This document shows, piece after piece, positions 25,217 to 38,085 of a DNA stretch of 64,000 bases (position 1 is its first letter; each line of letters starts with the position of its first letter). The position numbers and the translations under genes are program-made. The DNA is taken from positions 170,004,001-170,068,000 of the forward strand of contig OX597814.1 in assembly GCA_951406725.2 (NCBI GenBank). The letters run 5' to 3'. This DNA comes from Octopus vulgaris. Lineage: Eukaryota. The notes under the pieces are model-generated. The model had not been told where the DNA came from. It saw only the letters and a list, made by a program, of their open reading frames with translations, and made no database searches.

Positions 25217-25440
25217 TGGAGACACATGGCTTAGTTGTTAGGGTATTGAACTCATGATCATAAGATTGTGGTTTCAATTCCTGGAACGGGCGATGCATAG
25301 TATTCTTGAGCAAAACACTTCACTTCACGTTGCTCCAGTCCATTCAGCTGGCAAAAGTAAGTAATCCTGTGATGGACTGGCATCCCATCCAGGGAGGAAT
25401 GTACACACCAGAGAAACCAAGAAACCAGCCCTACACTCCT
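25217..25440 (+). mobile_element. SINE family C
   Basis: ggagacacatggcttagttgttaggg...ggtttcaattcc...gatggactggcatcccatccag. Confidence 0.8.
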
Positions 25441-25489
25441 TACAGAGTAATGTGGACTAACCATATTCTTTTATTCTGTTATTCTTTTA

Positions 25490-25734
25490 ATTACATTATT
25501 TACATTATTTACATTTGATGGATATTTGTCCTCATCTTGTTGTTAACACAATGTTTCGGCTGATATACCCTCCAGCCTTCATCAGGTGTCTTAGGGAAAT
25601 TTCCCCAAGACACCTGATGAAGGCTGGAGGGTATATCAGCCAAAACGTTGTGTTAACAACAAACAAGATGAGGACAAATATCCGTCAAATGTAAATAATG
25701 TACATAATTCTTCATCTCTTAAATATAGAACTGT
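25490..25734. mobile_element. Fold-back (head-to-head) Penelope-type terminus with two hammerhead motifs
   Basis: Arms of about 100 bp centred on gggaaa|tttccc (25599/25600). Hammerheads at 25545-25590 (-) and 25609-25654 (+); possible TSD attctttta; same family as 4800-4926. Confidence 0.85.
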
Positions 25735-25964
25735 ATTCTTTTATTTGTTTCAGTCATCTGACTGCAGCCACGCTGGAGCACCATCTTTAATGGTTTCAGT
25801 TGAACAAATCAACCCCAGGACTTATTTTGAAAGCCTAGTACTTGTATCGATCTCTTTTGCTAAACCACTAAGTTAGAGGGAAATAAACACACCAACACCA
25901 GTTGTCAAACGTCGATGGGGGGGCGGGCAAACACAAAGACATACTGATATAGACATATACATTA

Positions 25965-26590
25965 TCATCATCTTCATTTAACGTCCGTTTGCCATGCTGG
26001 CATGGGTTAGACAGTTTGACTGGAGCTGATGAGCTGGTGAGCTGCACCAGGTTCCAGTCTGATTTGGCATGGTTTCTACAGCTGGATACCCTTCTTAACA
26101 CCAAACACTCCATGAGTGTAATAGGTGGTTTTATGTGCCACCAGCATGGGTACCATTTACATGATACCAGCAACGACCATGACTACAATTCATTTGCAAG
26201 ACTCTGGCAGCGACCCTGACAATTAATGAGTGCCATCTACATGGCACTGGCAATGACGAAAACCAACGACCATGATTCCCAAGGGGCCAATTTACGTAGT
26301 ACCATCGATGACCATGACTACAAAGCACAAGTGTCCTTTACATGGCACCAGCATTGACTACAACAATTCACAGGTGCCATTTATATAGTACATTAATGAC
26401 ATGACTATGATGTATAGGTATCATTTACATGGCACCAGCAGTGAACAAACATGTGGCACCAGCAGCAAATGACCACAATTACGATTCATGGGTGTCCTTT
26501 ACATGACACTGGCACGGCCACAACTACAATTTCACTTGACCTGAAATGTCTTCTCCCACACAGCATATCGCCAGAGCTATCCATGAGACC
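25965..26590 (-). mobile_element. Family D RTE 3'UTR fragment with an expanded degenerate internal minisatellite
   Basis: RTE tail followed by repeated gtgccatttacatggcaccagca...gaccatgactacaa units. Confidence 0.75.
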
Positions 26591-26609
26591 CATGACAGCC
26601 TTCTTTCAG

Positions 26610-27115
26610 TTTCTTATTTCTTTACTGTCCACAAGGGGCTAAACATAGAGGGGACAAACAAGGACAGACAAATGGATTAAGTCGATTACATCGACCCCAG
26701 TGCGTAACTGGTACTTAATTTATCAACCCCGAAAGGATGAAAGGCAAAGTCGACCTCGGCGGAATTTGAACTCAGAACGTAAAGACAGACGAAATACCAA
26801 TTTCTTTAGTACCCACAAGGGGCTACTACTACTACTACATAGTAGTCTCTCGGGTCTGGGAAAGACGGTGCTGTAGTTCTTAATTTCTTTACTGCCCACA
26901 AGGGGCTTAACAGAGAGGGGACAAACAAGGACAGACAAATGGATTAAGTCGATTACATCGACCCCAGTGCGTAACTGGTACTTAATTTATCAACCCCGAA
27001 AGGATGAAAGGCAAAGTCGATCTCAGCAAAATTTGAACTCAGAACATAACAGCAGACGAAATACCGCTAAGCATTTTGCCCAGTATGCTAACATTTCAGC
27101 CAGCTCACCACCTTT
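26610..27115 (-). mobile_element. Composite (multimeric) family B SINE with 13-bp TSD
   Basis: TSD agccttctttcag at 26597-26609 and 27116-27128; two body/tail modules. Confidence 0.85.
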
Positions 27116-28424
27116 AGCCTTCTTTCAGATTCTGTCTACCAAATCTACTCACAAGTCTTTCATTGTCACAAGGATATATTAGAAAACACTTGCCCAAGGT
27201 GCCATGCAGTGAGATTGAACCAGGAACCAAATGGTCAGGAAGCAAGCCTCTTACCACTCAACAACACCTGCACCTATTTTCATTTATTGGCATATACATG
27301 GAATATTTCAGTAATAGAATGTCAACTCTATTTGTTCTTAAATGTCATCGCAATAGTTTTTCGCTGTGACTTTTGAGAGCAGTGAAAGTACTCTGGTTTC
27401 AATGTCAGTGTTATATAATGGACTGGGCTGCTATCTCGTTTTGTATTGTCCTACTACTTTTATGATGGTTATTATTTATTAATGGTGAGTATTTAATATT
27501 TCCCTAATAGCAATTTGATTTCAGTGTCTTGTTATGGTGCAATATAGATCAGTTAAAAGTGAATTTTCTGATAAAGAACTTATTGATTTTTGAGGACTTC
27601 TTGATGATTAGGAATACATTTTGCATGATGTTAGATGGGTTCATCTGGATATAAGATGAGATGCAGCTCATATGTTACTCAGATTAGGTTACATGCCAAG
27701 CAAGTTTATTGCTGTAAGGTTGTAAGAACTTCCTTCTCTCTTACAAACACTTACCAAGTGATCATGTAATGTTATTCACTATTCAATAATAACAAAGTAA
27801 AAGTAAACTTTAGCTGCTCAAAGACCGTGTCAAAAGTCACCAAAACTCACAATGCAAATATTTTGCAAAGAAATCAAGAGCAAAAAGAATCAATATGCAA
27901 AGGCCAAAATGTGAAACCTTGTCTCTTGACTGACAATGTTTTGTAAAGAGTATTTCATATTGCGCTGTTAAGTAGCGTAAAAACCCCCTTTTGTTATGAA
28001 TGACCATGGGATTGCATCTAGAAAGTTCCCCTCCAAGGCACAAGTACAGGCAAGGTTGTTTTTATGGAAGACCAGCAGTCATCCATGCAAACTAGTCTCC
28101 CTTATCCATGCCCCCTATGGTATGCAAGGGAAAAGCAAAGACTGGCAAAGCTTGGCTCCAGTGATGTCACAACTCATTTCTACAACTGAGTGAATTAGAG
28201 CAATGTGAAATAAAGTGTCTTGCTCAAGAACACAACACACAGCCCTAACCTTGAATTGAACTCACTACCTCATGATTGTAAGCTTGATGTTCTAAATACT
28301 GAGCCATGAACCTTGCATTGATTTCTCCCAAAATAATACCTTATACAAGAACTATCCAAAATTTCTTGCAGCAGAGTAACTCACCATTCTATTATGGAAA
28401 ACAGTACAGTGCTGTCCAAATATA

Positions 28425-28817
28425 TCTTTATATATAAAAGTCGTGTGTCTGTCTCCTACGATTTAGATTCCTAACTACTCCCACATTTTGCAGTGCAGTT
28501 TAACCAAAACCGGGTATCTTATAGTCGTGATTCATATCGAGCCCTTCTGGGTATTAGCGCGCGTCTACGATGAGTCTATGATTTTTAAAAAATTTACCAT
28601 TGTTTTTTTCAATTTTAATGCATCTTTTTCGGTATCATATAAGGGAAGTAACTCTCTAAAAATGTCTACGATGAGTCGACGATTTAAAAAAAAATTTACC
28701 ATCATTTTTTTTCCATTCTTAATGCATTTTTTTTGATATTTTTTGGCTATAACTCTCTAAAAATGCTTTATAGTTATTTCCCTTACAAACCCGAGCAACG
28801 CCGGGCGATACTGCTAG
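28425..28817 (+). mobile_element. Non-autonomous Helitron (393 bp)
   Basis: A|TCtttatatataaaag...cccgagcaacgccggg (hairpin 28790-28805)-cgatactg-CTAG|T. Inserted in an AT dinucleotide, no TSD, CpGs retained. Confidence 0.88.
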
Positions 28818-29156
28818 TTTGAAAATAAAAACAGAATGGAATAACCACATGTAATACAAGTACAGGTATTACAAATCATCATACTTTGGTCTTCCTCTTA
28901 AAGAAAGTTATAAACTGCAAGTTTGCAATAAATCCACCCAATAGGGTTGTGAAAGCCCTTCCCCACTGTATGATTTGGGGTGGGTTCTAGAATGTAGATA
29001 AACAACACAACTGAGGTGCATGTGACCTGATGAGCTACAGAGTGAGCACTGAAATTATGATTATTAATCAGGTAACTCTCCTGTTAGTTGTTGCAAAACT
29101 ACTGAATGGAAAAATCACCTGGGAGGGACTTGATAGTTAGTTATTGGTATAGAAAG

Positions 29157-29569
29157 GCGGCGAGCTGGCAGAAATGTTAGCACGCCGGGCGAAATGCTTA
29201 GCGGTATTTCGTCTGCTGTTACGTTGTGAGTTCAAATTCCGCCGAGGTCGACTTTGCTTTCATCCTTTCGGGGTCGATAAATTAAGTACCAGTTACGCAC
29301 TAGGATCAATGTAATCGACTTAATACCTATGTCTGTCCTTGTTTGTCCCTTCTATGTTTAACCCCTTGTGGGTAGTAAAGAAATAGGTATTTTGTCTGCT
29401 GCTACGTTCTGAGTTCAAATTCTGCCGAGGTCGACTTTGCCTTTCATCCTTTCGGGGTCGATAAATTAAGTACCAGTTACGCACTGGGGTCGATGTAATC
29501 GACTTAATACCTATGTCTGTCCTTGTTTGTCCGCTCTGTGTTTAGCCCCTTGTGGGTAATAAAGAAATA
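29157..29569 (+). mobile_element. Dimeric family B SINE with 11-bp TSD
   Basis: TSD ggtatagaaag (29146-29156, 29570-29580); the second monomer restarts at ggtattttgtctg. Confidence 0.9.
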
Positions 29570-29840
29570 GGTATAGAAAGCTCATGTTCTACAGGGCAAC
29601 CTTTGTAAACCTGTTCAAAAGAACAAGAAATACTGATGTATCAGGCTGGTTGACAGTTACATATACAACACAAGCGACTAAAAACCAGGAGACACATGTG
29701 ACCAAAAACTACAGACCAAGAGCACGTCCAAATTAAATGTATAAATTCTTTCTACTATAGGCGGTGAGCTGGTAGAAACGTTAGCGCACCAGGTGAAATA
29801 CTTAACAGTATTTCGACTGTGTTAACATTTTAATATAGGT

Positions 29841-30008
29841 GTAGGAGTGGTTGTGTGGTAAGAAGCTTGCTTACCAACCACATGGATCCAGGTTCAGTCC
29901 CACAGCATGGCACCTTGGGCACGTGTCTTCTACTATAGCCTCGGGCCAACCAAAGCCTTGTGAGTGGATTTGGTAGACAGAAACTGAAAAAAGCTTGTTG
30001 TATATATG

Positions 30009-30041
<33 letters not shown>

Positions 30042-30280
30042 GTATGTATGCATGTACGTATGTGTGTGTGTATAGGTTTGTGTCTCTGTGTTTGTTCCCC
30101 CAACATCGCTTGACAACTGATGCTGGTGTGCTTACATCCCCGTAACTTAGCGGTTCAGCAAAAGAGACTGATAGAATAAGTACAAGGCTTACAAAGAATA
30201 AGTCTGGGGTCGATTCGCTCAACTAAAGGCGGTGCTCCAGCATGGCCACAGTTAAATGACTGAAACAAGTAAAAGAGTAT
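29841..30280 (+). mobile_element. SINE family A, full length
   Basis: ggagtggttgtgtggtaag...caccttgggcacgtgtctt...ggcggtgctccagcatggccacagttaaatgactgaaacaagtaaaagag. Confidence 0.9.
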
Positions 30281-30685
30281 AGGCATAAGGCTTGAAATTT
30301 TGTGGGAAAGGTTGAGTTGACCTCATCGACCTCAGAGTCTTTCATATTGCACTGACCTCCTAAAATAGGAGCTTACAGAAGACCTATCCTTAACTGGTAC
30401 ATATTTTATCAACCACCAAAAGGGAAAAAGCAAAGTTAACCTCAACAGTATTTGTACTTAGAATATAAAGAACCAGAGGAAATGTCACTGAGCATTTTAC
30501 CTGGTGTGCTAATGATTCTGTCAGCTCACAACACCTTTGTGGTGTACAAATTATACACAAGTTGGTGGAAGGCATTCATCCAGGACCACTGCAAAACACA
30601 AGGTAGAGACTGAAGAGCAGGCAAGAGGAAAGAAAGGAGTTTGGTGCCATGTCATATATTTCCTCATCAACAAATCTGTCTTTAA

Positions 30686-31349
<664 letters not shown>

Positions 31350-31359
31350 TTAAGGAAGC

Positions 31360-31690
31360 AAAGCAGTATCACAAAACATGCTGACAGTATGGCTAAACTA
31401 GAAGAAAGCATTTGTCTCTCTTCCTTACTCATGGTCAATAGGATCACAATACCTTGCTGAGGTTCCAATTGATAAAGTCCTTGACATTAAGAAACTGACA
31501 ACAACATGGCTCACAGAACTATTGTTAAGAACTGATGCTATCGCTATAGTCACTAACAGAATTAAGTTATCAACAGGAATATTTCAGGGAGACAGCTTAT
31601 CTGTAATGCTCTTTGTCTTTGCAGTGAACCCCTTGTCAGCCCTGTTAAGGATAAACAAAGGTTTCTTGATAAAAGGTGCTGATGAATGGA
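31360..31690 (+). mobile_element. Decayed reverse-transcriptase fragment, R4/Dong-like non-LTR element
   Basis: WLN*KKAFVSLPYSW (compare WxDYKKAFDSVPHxW) and IKLSTGIFQGDSLSVMLFVFAVNPLS. Confidence 0.75.
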
Positions 31691-32334
31691 ATGTCTTTAA
31701 GCTGTACTCAATATTCCTGACACCAACAAGCAATTAGTTTAAATTTGGAAATATGCTATTGTTTAGAATTTATTCATACATGTAGAAATTCGTAATCCTA
31801 TGTGTATATTTAGGTGTATCATCTTCAGGTCATAGGGGTTCACAAAAGAAGGTTGTTAGGCTGAAAGTATATGGTAATTAGCAGATCCGTCATTTCGTTT
31901 CGTTGTTGTTGGTTTTATTTGGATATTAATGAGATATTTAACCTTTTGTTTTAAGAAATATGGAGGTTAAAGAATAACAAATTTGTGAGTGGCTGTGTAG
32001 TAAGAAGCTTGCTTCTGAACCACATGGTTCCAGGTTCAGTCTTACTGCATGCTACCTTGGGCAAGTGTCTTCTACTATAGCTTCAGGCTGACCAAAGCCT
32101 TGTGAGTGGATTTCATAAACGAAAACTGAAAGAAGCCTGCTGTATATATATATATATATCTATATATATATATATATATATATGTATGTTTGTATGTATG
32201 TATATGTATATATGTGTGTGTATGTCTTTGTGTCTGTGTTTGTCCCCCACCATCACTTTGACAACTGGCATTGGTGTGCTTACATTCCATAACTTGGTGG
32301 TTCAGCAAAAGAGACTAGTAGAATAAGTACTAGG

Positions 32335-32388
<54 letters not shown>

Positions 32389-32453
32389 GGTCCCAGGTTG
32401 AGTCGGGGTTAACCACAGTAAATAAGGTACTCAATACATAGCAGAGTAAATTA

Positions 32454-32586
32454 ATTTATTTTATAGAAGGAGCTTCTACAGGACTAGAACTGTTTCATTC
32501 AAAAGAAATCATCAGGATGCTTCCTGATGATTTCTTTTGAATGAAACAGTTCTAGTCCTGTAGAAGCTCCTTCTATAAATATAAAT
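32454..32586. repeat. Near-perfect palindrome (arms of about 60 bp) carrying back-to-back hammerhead motifs
   Basis: Centred on ggatg|cttcc (32519/32520); lies in (TA)n context. Confidence 0.9.
32519..32567 (+). ncRNA. Type I hammerhead ribozyme motif with intact core
   Basis: gcttc-CTGATGA-t-ttc-tttt-gaa-t-GAA-acag-ttctagtc-ctgt-A-gaagc. Stem I 5 bp, stem III 4 bp, GUA triplet, weak stem II. Confidence 0.75.
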
Positions 32587-32667
32587 ATATATATTTCCTG
32601 AGCGCCTATATATAATACTGTATTGTTCCCTTGTTGTTGTTTTTTTGTTTCCCGTTTGGATTAAAAT

Positions 32668-32715
<48 letters not shown>

Positions 32716-32717
32716 TA

Positions 32718-32916
32718 CAGAAGGTGTCCATGAATTACCTTTACAATTTGAAAAATTCAGAAAAAAATGAAAATTAAGGATAATTCAGCAGAGTTTATTG
32801 GCAAACATAAAATTTTATTAGAAACATCTGAACACTTTTAAGCAAGTTGCATACAGCACACCTAGATGATACAATAAGATAAATTGTGAAAGTTGTAAAG
32901 AAAATTACGAACAACC

Positions 32917-32918
<2 letters not shown>
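32718..32918. mobile_element. Probable Tc1/mariner-type MITE
   Basis: Degenerate TIRs cagaaggtgtccatgaattacctttacaattt / aagttgtaaagaaaattacgaacaacctg; TA on the left. Confidence 0.55.
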
Positions 32919-32960
<42 letters not shown>

Positions 32961-33637
32961 CCTTGCCTTTGAAACATGGAGTAGATGAAACAGGGACAAC
33001 TGAAGAAGGGGAATATTCTTTATGTTGTATGTCTCATTTCTCTGTATGTTTTTTCCATTCGATAAAAAGTTTGTTTCTATGTTTTTGTTTTTATGTTTTC
33101 GTTTCTCATTGTGTTCAACTTTTTTTTGATGTCCTGTACCCATATATGCATATATATATACATATATATGTAGGTATGTACATATATCCTCATCATCATC
33201 ATCAGCATCATCGTTTAACGTCTGCTTTCCGTGCTGGCATGGGTTGGACGATTTGACTGAGGACTGGCGAACCAGATGGCTGCACCAGGCTCCAATCTTG
33301 ATTTGGCAGAGTTTCTACAGCTACATGCCCTTCCTAACGCCAACCACTCCAAGAGTGTAGTGGGTGCTTTTACGTGCCACTGACACAAGAGCCAGTCAGG
33401 TGGTACTGGCAATGGTCACGGAAAATCGTGTTTATTTTTACGTGTCACCTGCACACTGGCACAAGTGCCAGTAAGGCAACGCTGGTAACGATCATGCTCG
33501 AAAGGTGCTTTTTACATGCCACCGACATGAACGCCAGTTAGCCACTCTGGCAACGATCACACTCGGATGGTGCTCTTAGTGCTCCCCTAGCACAGATGCC
33601 AGTCATCGAATTTGATGTATGTATATATGCATATAGC

Positions 33638-33684
<47 letters not shown>

Positions 33685-34614
33685 GTGAGTGAGAGAGAGA
33701 GTGAAACAGACAAACAGACACATAGAGTAAGAGAATAATACACCATTTTTTTTTATACAGACACTCTACAACCAAAACTTACAACAAACCTCTTTTAAAT
33801 TACATTATCTCTATCTAAGTAAATATACTTATTCAGTTAAATTATAACCAATTTCATATCTATTATATTTATGAAAGATTGTATATATAAGTACCTCTAC
33901 GATTAAACTAACTAACCAGTTGAATTATAGGTCAGAAACCTTCATGAAAATAACCACACTGAAATATTTCATTATTCAACTAAATGAATACTGTTCTGTC
34001 TAACAGTATTTAATGGAAATTTATACTTGTATGGAGGAAATATAATTATATGTTGGTTTAGTTGTTATTTGTGAGTCTTTTTAAATACAATGGCTTCCTG
34101 TAATATTTTCCTATTATGTGGACGTATGTGTATGCTTGTATAAGTGTGTGTGTGTGCATGTGTTTGTCTGTGTATGTGTCTATATCTGTTTCTATTATTA
34201 GTAGATATGTGAGTAGATATACATATACATACATACATATATACATATATATATAAACATTTACGTATAATATATATATATATATACACACACACATATA
34301 TATATAGATAGATATTTACATATATACATATGCATGTGTGTGTGTGCATGTGTGTATGTGTGTGTATGCGTTTATATCTATTTCTATTATTAGTAGATGT
34401 GCGTGTAGATATATGCGTACATATATATATATATATGCACACATACATATATATACATATCTACATATATATGTGTGTGTAGGTATGTATGTATGTATGT
34501 GTGTGTGTATATATATACATATATATACATATATATATATATATACATATCTATATATACATATACATCATATACATATATATACATATACACATACATA
34601 TTTATATATACATA

Positions 34615-34651
<37 letters not shown>

Positions 34652-34683
34652 TATGTATGTATCTATGTATCTATGTATGTATA

Positions 34684-36192
34684 CAGGGGCTTTCAGATAA
34701 ATTGAGAAAATTTTGCAATACATAAAACTGGTTATAAATACTAAAATAATGGTAGTAGACAGATATAATTTTAATGTAACATTTAACACAGCAAAAACAT
34801 TTATCACTCAATATGGCCATCCTTTTAAGGCAGCGAGCTTGTAGAAACGTTAGCACGTCAGGCAAAATGCTTAATGGCATTTCATCTGTCTTTACATTCT
34901 GGGTTCAAATTCTGTCACGGTCAACTTTGTCTTTCATCCTTTTGGATCGATAAATTGAGTACCAGTTGCATACTAGAATCGATCTAATCAACTAGCCCTC
35001 TCCCCAAAAATTTCAGGCCTTGTGCCTAGAGTAGAAAAGAATATGGCCACCCTTTTGGGCAATTACTACCACCATATGAGAACAAAATTTTCTTGCAGCT
35101 ACCGCAGCCTCTGTCATTTTCATTTACACATAATGGAGGTCTTCAAACTGTTAACACTCGAGTGTGGTGAAGCATTGGTCTTTGCTTGAAGTACGCCCAA
35201 TAAAAAGTAATCAAGAAGGTTGAGATTGGGACTATTATTGGGCCAGGTGTTGGCCCTCATAAAAAATGGCACCTTCTCACCAAGGAAGGCCTGTGTTGCT
35301 TTTGATCCATGGCATGCTACAGAATCCTCGGTAAGGACCACATTGTGAAGCCAACTTTTGTTCCATCCAAGGTAACAGAAAGTTCTTTAGGATGTCCAGA
35401 TACTCCTTTGTGCCAATCTTCTCACCAGATTCAATGAAGTGTGAATCCATGACACTTCCATCACTCACCACAGCTTCAAATACCATCACAGGGGCAGGAT
35501 TCTTAGTCTCAAACACAGGGAGAACGTCAGAAGAGTTGTATAGTCACTTGAGAATTGCTGGGATTCAGCTCAGCATTCACAGCAAACTTCTTCTCATCCA
35601 TGAACACAAGAGTTTTTCCTGCACCTAGATGCTTGATGAATGACAGAAGCTTTGGGCACCTCTTGGCTCTGATAGCTTTGGCCTTGGCTGTTAAGAGGTG
35701 ATGGCATTGTCGAACATAGTTAGTCATGCCAAGATTCCTGTTCACAGCTCTGGATACCATGGAAAGGGACACTTTGCATTTCTTTGCAAGAGTTGTCATG
35801 GATGTGGATGGGTTAGCTTCAATCAAGTGTTTGAGGCCAGCAAGAAACTTTGAATTTTGCATGGAATCACTTCAAGCCATGTATTTTTTTCTATCAATCT
35901 TTGGGCATCTCTTGGCTCTGATAGCTTTGGCTAAATAATTTCTTTAAATTATTTACTGTTACTTTTGGCAGTTCCATCAACTTAGCAATTTTATTGGCAG
36001 TGTGTCCGGCATGTACCAAAACAACAATTCTGCTGTTCCATGACTTTCCGTTGTTAAATCAGTTTTCTAGTTACCTGAAAAATAAAGAGGGGCATTAGAT
36101 TTTCAAGCAAGCAAGGTTTTCTCAAAAACTGAAATGTTAAACCCTCAAAGACAACTGCTTAAACTTTGTCTCAATTAATCTACAAGAACATG
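34684..36192 (-). mobile_element. Near full-length decayed DD37D (maT-type) transposon, a different family from 18453
   Basis: TA-flanked degenerate TIRs. Encodes HTH-like LIEANPSTSMTTLAKKCKVSLSMVSRAV, FMDEKKF, KNPAPVMVFEAVVSDG and EDSVACH...WPNNSPNLNLLD (37-residue spacing). Confidence 0.88.
34827..35039 (+). mobile_element. Family B SINE inserted in the transposon, 17-bp TSD
   Basis: TSD aatatggcca(t/c)cctttt at 34810-34826 and 35040-35056. Confidence 0.9.
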
Positions 36193-36199
36193 TATACAT

Positions 36200-36865
36200 A
36201 TCATCATTATCATTTAATGTCCACTTTCCATGCTGGAATGTGTTGGTTGGTTTGACTGAGAACTGGCATTCCAGGGGACTGCACCAAACTCCAATCTGAT
36301 CTGGCAAGGTTTCTACAGCTGGATGTCCTTCCTAATGTCAACCACTCCGAGACTGTAGTAGGTGCTTTTACATGTCACTGGCACAGGAGCCAGTCATGCA
36401 ACACTGGCATGCTCAAATGGTGCTTTTTATGTGCTGCTGACACGGGTATTAGTCAGGTGGCACTGGCATTGGTCACACTCGAATGCTGCATTTTATGTGC
36501 CTCCAGCACAGATGCCAGTTTGACAGCAATGGCACTGGCCATGCTTAAATGGTGCATTTTACATGCCACCAGCATGGGTGCCAGTCAGGCGGCACTGTCA
36601 TCAGCCATGACTATGATTTCATTTGGTTCAGCAGGGCTTCACCAGCACTACAATCTAACTTGGCTAGTCAGGTCTTCTTAAGCATGGCATAACTCCAAAG
36701 GTCTCTGTCACTTGTAATTGCTCTATGAGGCCCAATGTTCATCCCATGTCTCCCTGGGTCTACCTCTTTCATAAGTGCCTTCCACTGTTAGGGTGTTACA
36801 CTTCTTCACACAGCTGTCCTCATCCATATACATTACATGATTATACCAGCACAGTCATCTCTCTA
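36200..36865 (-). mobile_element. RTE 3' end (family D) with ORF remnant
   Basis: Minus strand LCWYNHVMYMDEDSCVKKCNTLTVEGTYERGRPRETWD followed by the 3'UTR tail. Confidence 0.8.
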
Positions 36866-37824
36866 ACTATAAAAATATAGAAATGCAAAAAATATTATAG
36901 AAACGCAAAAAATTCAAATATGAACGTGGAAAACATTCGGGTCGATGTGTTCAACTAAAGGCAGTGGTCCAGCATGACCACAATCAAATGACTGAAACAA
37001 GTAAAAGAATAAAAGAATAAATGAATATATATGCGTATGTGTGCAGAGTGAGAGAAAGATATATATATATATATATATATATTTGAGTGTGGCTGTTGCC
37101 TGTACCGCCTGACTGGTCCTCATGCCAGTGGCACGTAAAAGCACCCACTATACTCTCGGAGTGTTTGGCATTAGGAAGGGCATCCAGCTGTAGAAACTCT
37201 CCCAGATCAGATTGGAGCCTGGTGCAGCCATCTGGTTCGCCAGTCCTCAGTCAAATCGTCCAACCCATGCTAGCATGGAAAGCGGACGTTAAAAAATGAT
37301 GATGATGAGACAGACAGATCCAAATGACAGATTGTTACAATTTTACAAATAACTTTCCAACAAAAGCTGCTAAATGTTCCCTACATCTTTTTGAGCTGAT
37401 GCATATAAAATTTAATGACCAGCAAGTAAGAGAAAATTTTCTTAATTAGTATTTCTTAACTGTAATCATCACCTCATTATTGCAATATGTGTGGTTACTA
37501 TTTTAGCGATTGCTTGGAAATTTGTTTGACATATGTTCTTGCTGCTTCTTAGAACATGTCAAAGAAACACACTGATGTGTGCTTACTTAACATCTTAGAT
37601 CAGATACAGGAGAAACTGTATGCAATGAAGAATGAATATAAAATATAACCAAGGCTTTTATAATTGATTCATCAATAGCTCTATATTCATAGTAATATTA
37701 TAACATTATATAAAGTCAGTGAGCAGGCAGAATTGAAACAAAATGCTTAGTGGTATTTCATTCAAATTCACAATCTGAATTGAGATCCTGCCCAAACTGA
37801 CTTTGCCTTTCACCTTTTCGGGGT

Positions 37825-38085
37825 TAAAAAAAAATGTTCCTTCTTGAGCCACGCCAGGCTCATAAGTGCCGGTTTCCTGGTTTCAGTGGCGTAGAAATTC
37901 CCCACCTGGTCGGAACGTCGGTCCGTCGCAGGATTACTCATCTTTGCCAACTGAGTGGACTGGAGCAACGTGAAAATGAAGTGTTTTGCTCAAGAACACA
38001 ACGCATCGCCTGATCCAGGAATCGAAACCACAACCTTACAATCATGAGTTCAATGCCCTAAACACTAAGCCATGCGCCTCCACTC
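37825..38085 (-). mobile_element. SINE family C whose head has amplified into a tandem array
   Basis: ggaatcgaaacc (B-box, minus) ... cactaagccatgcgcctcca (head). Confidence 0.85.

Noticed and set aside
32955-33020. GAAAC...GAAAC...CTGAAGA as a permuted hammerhead
   Set aside because: I could not assemble consistent stems I-III by eye.
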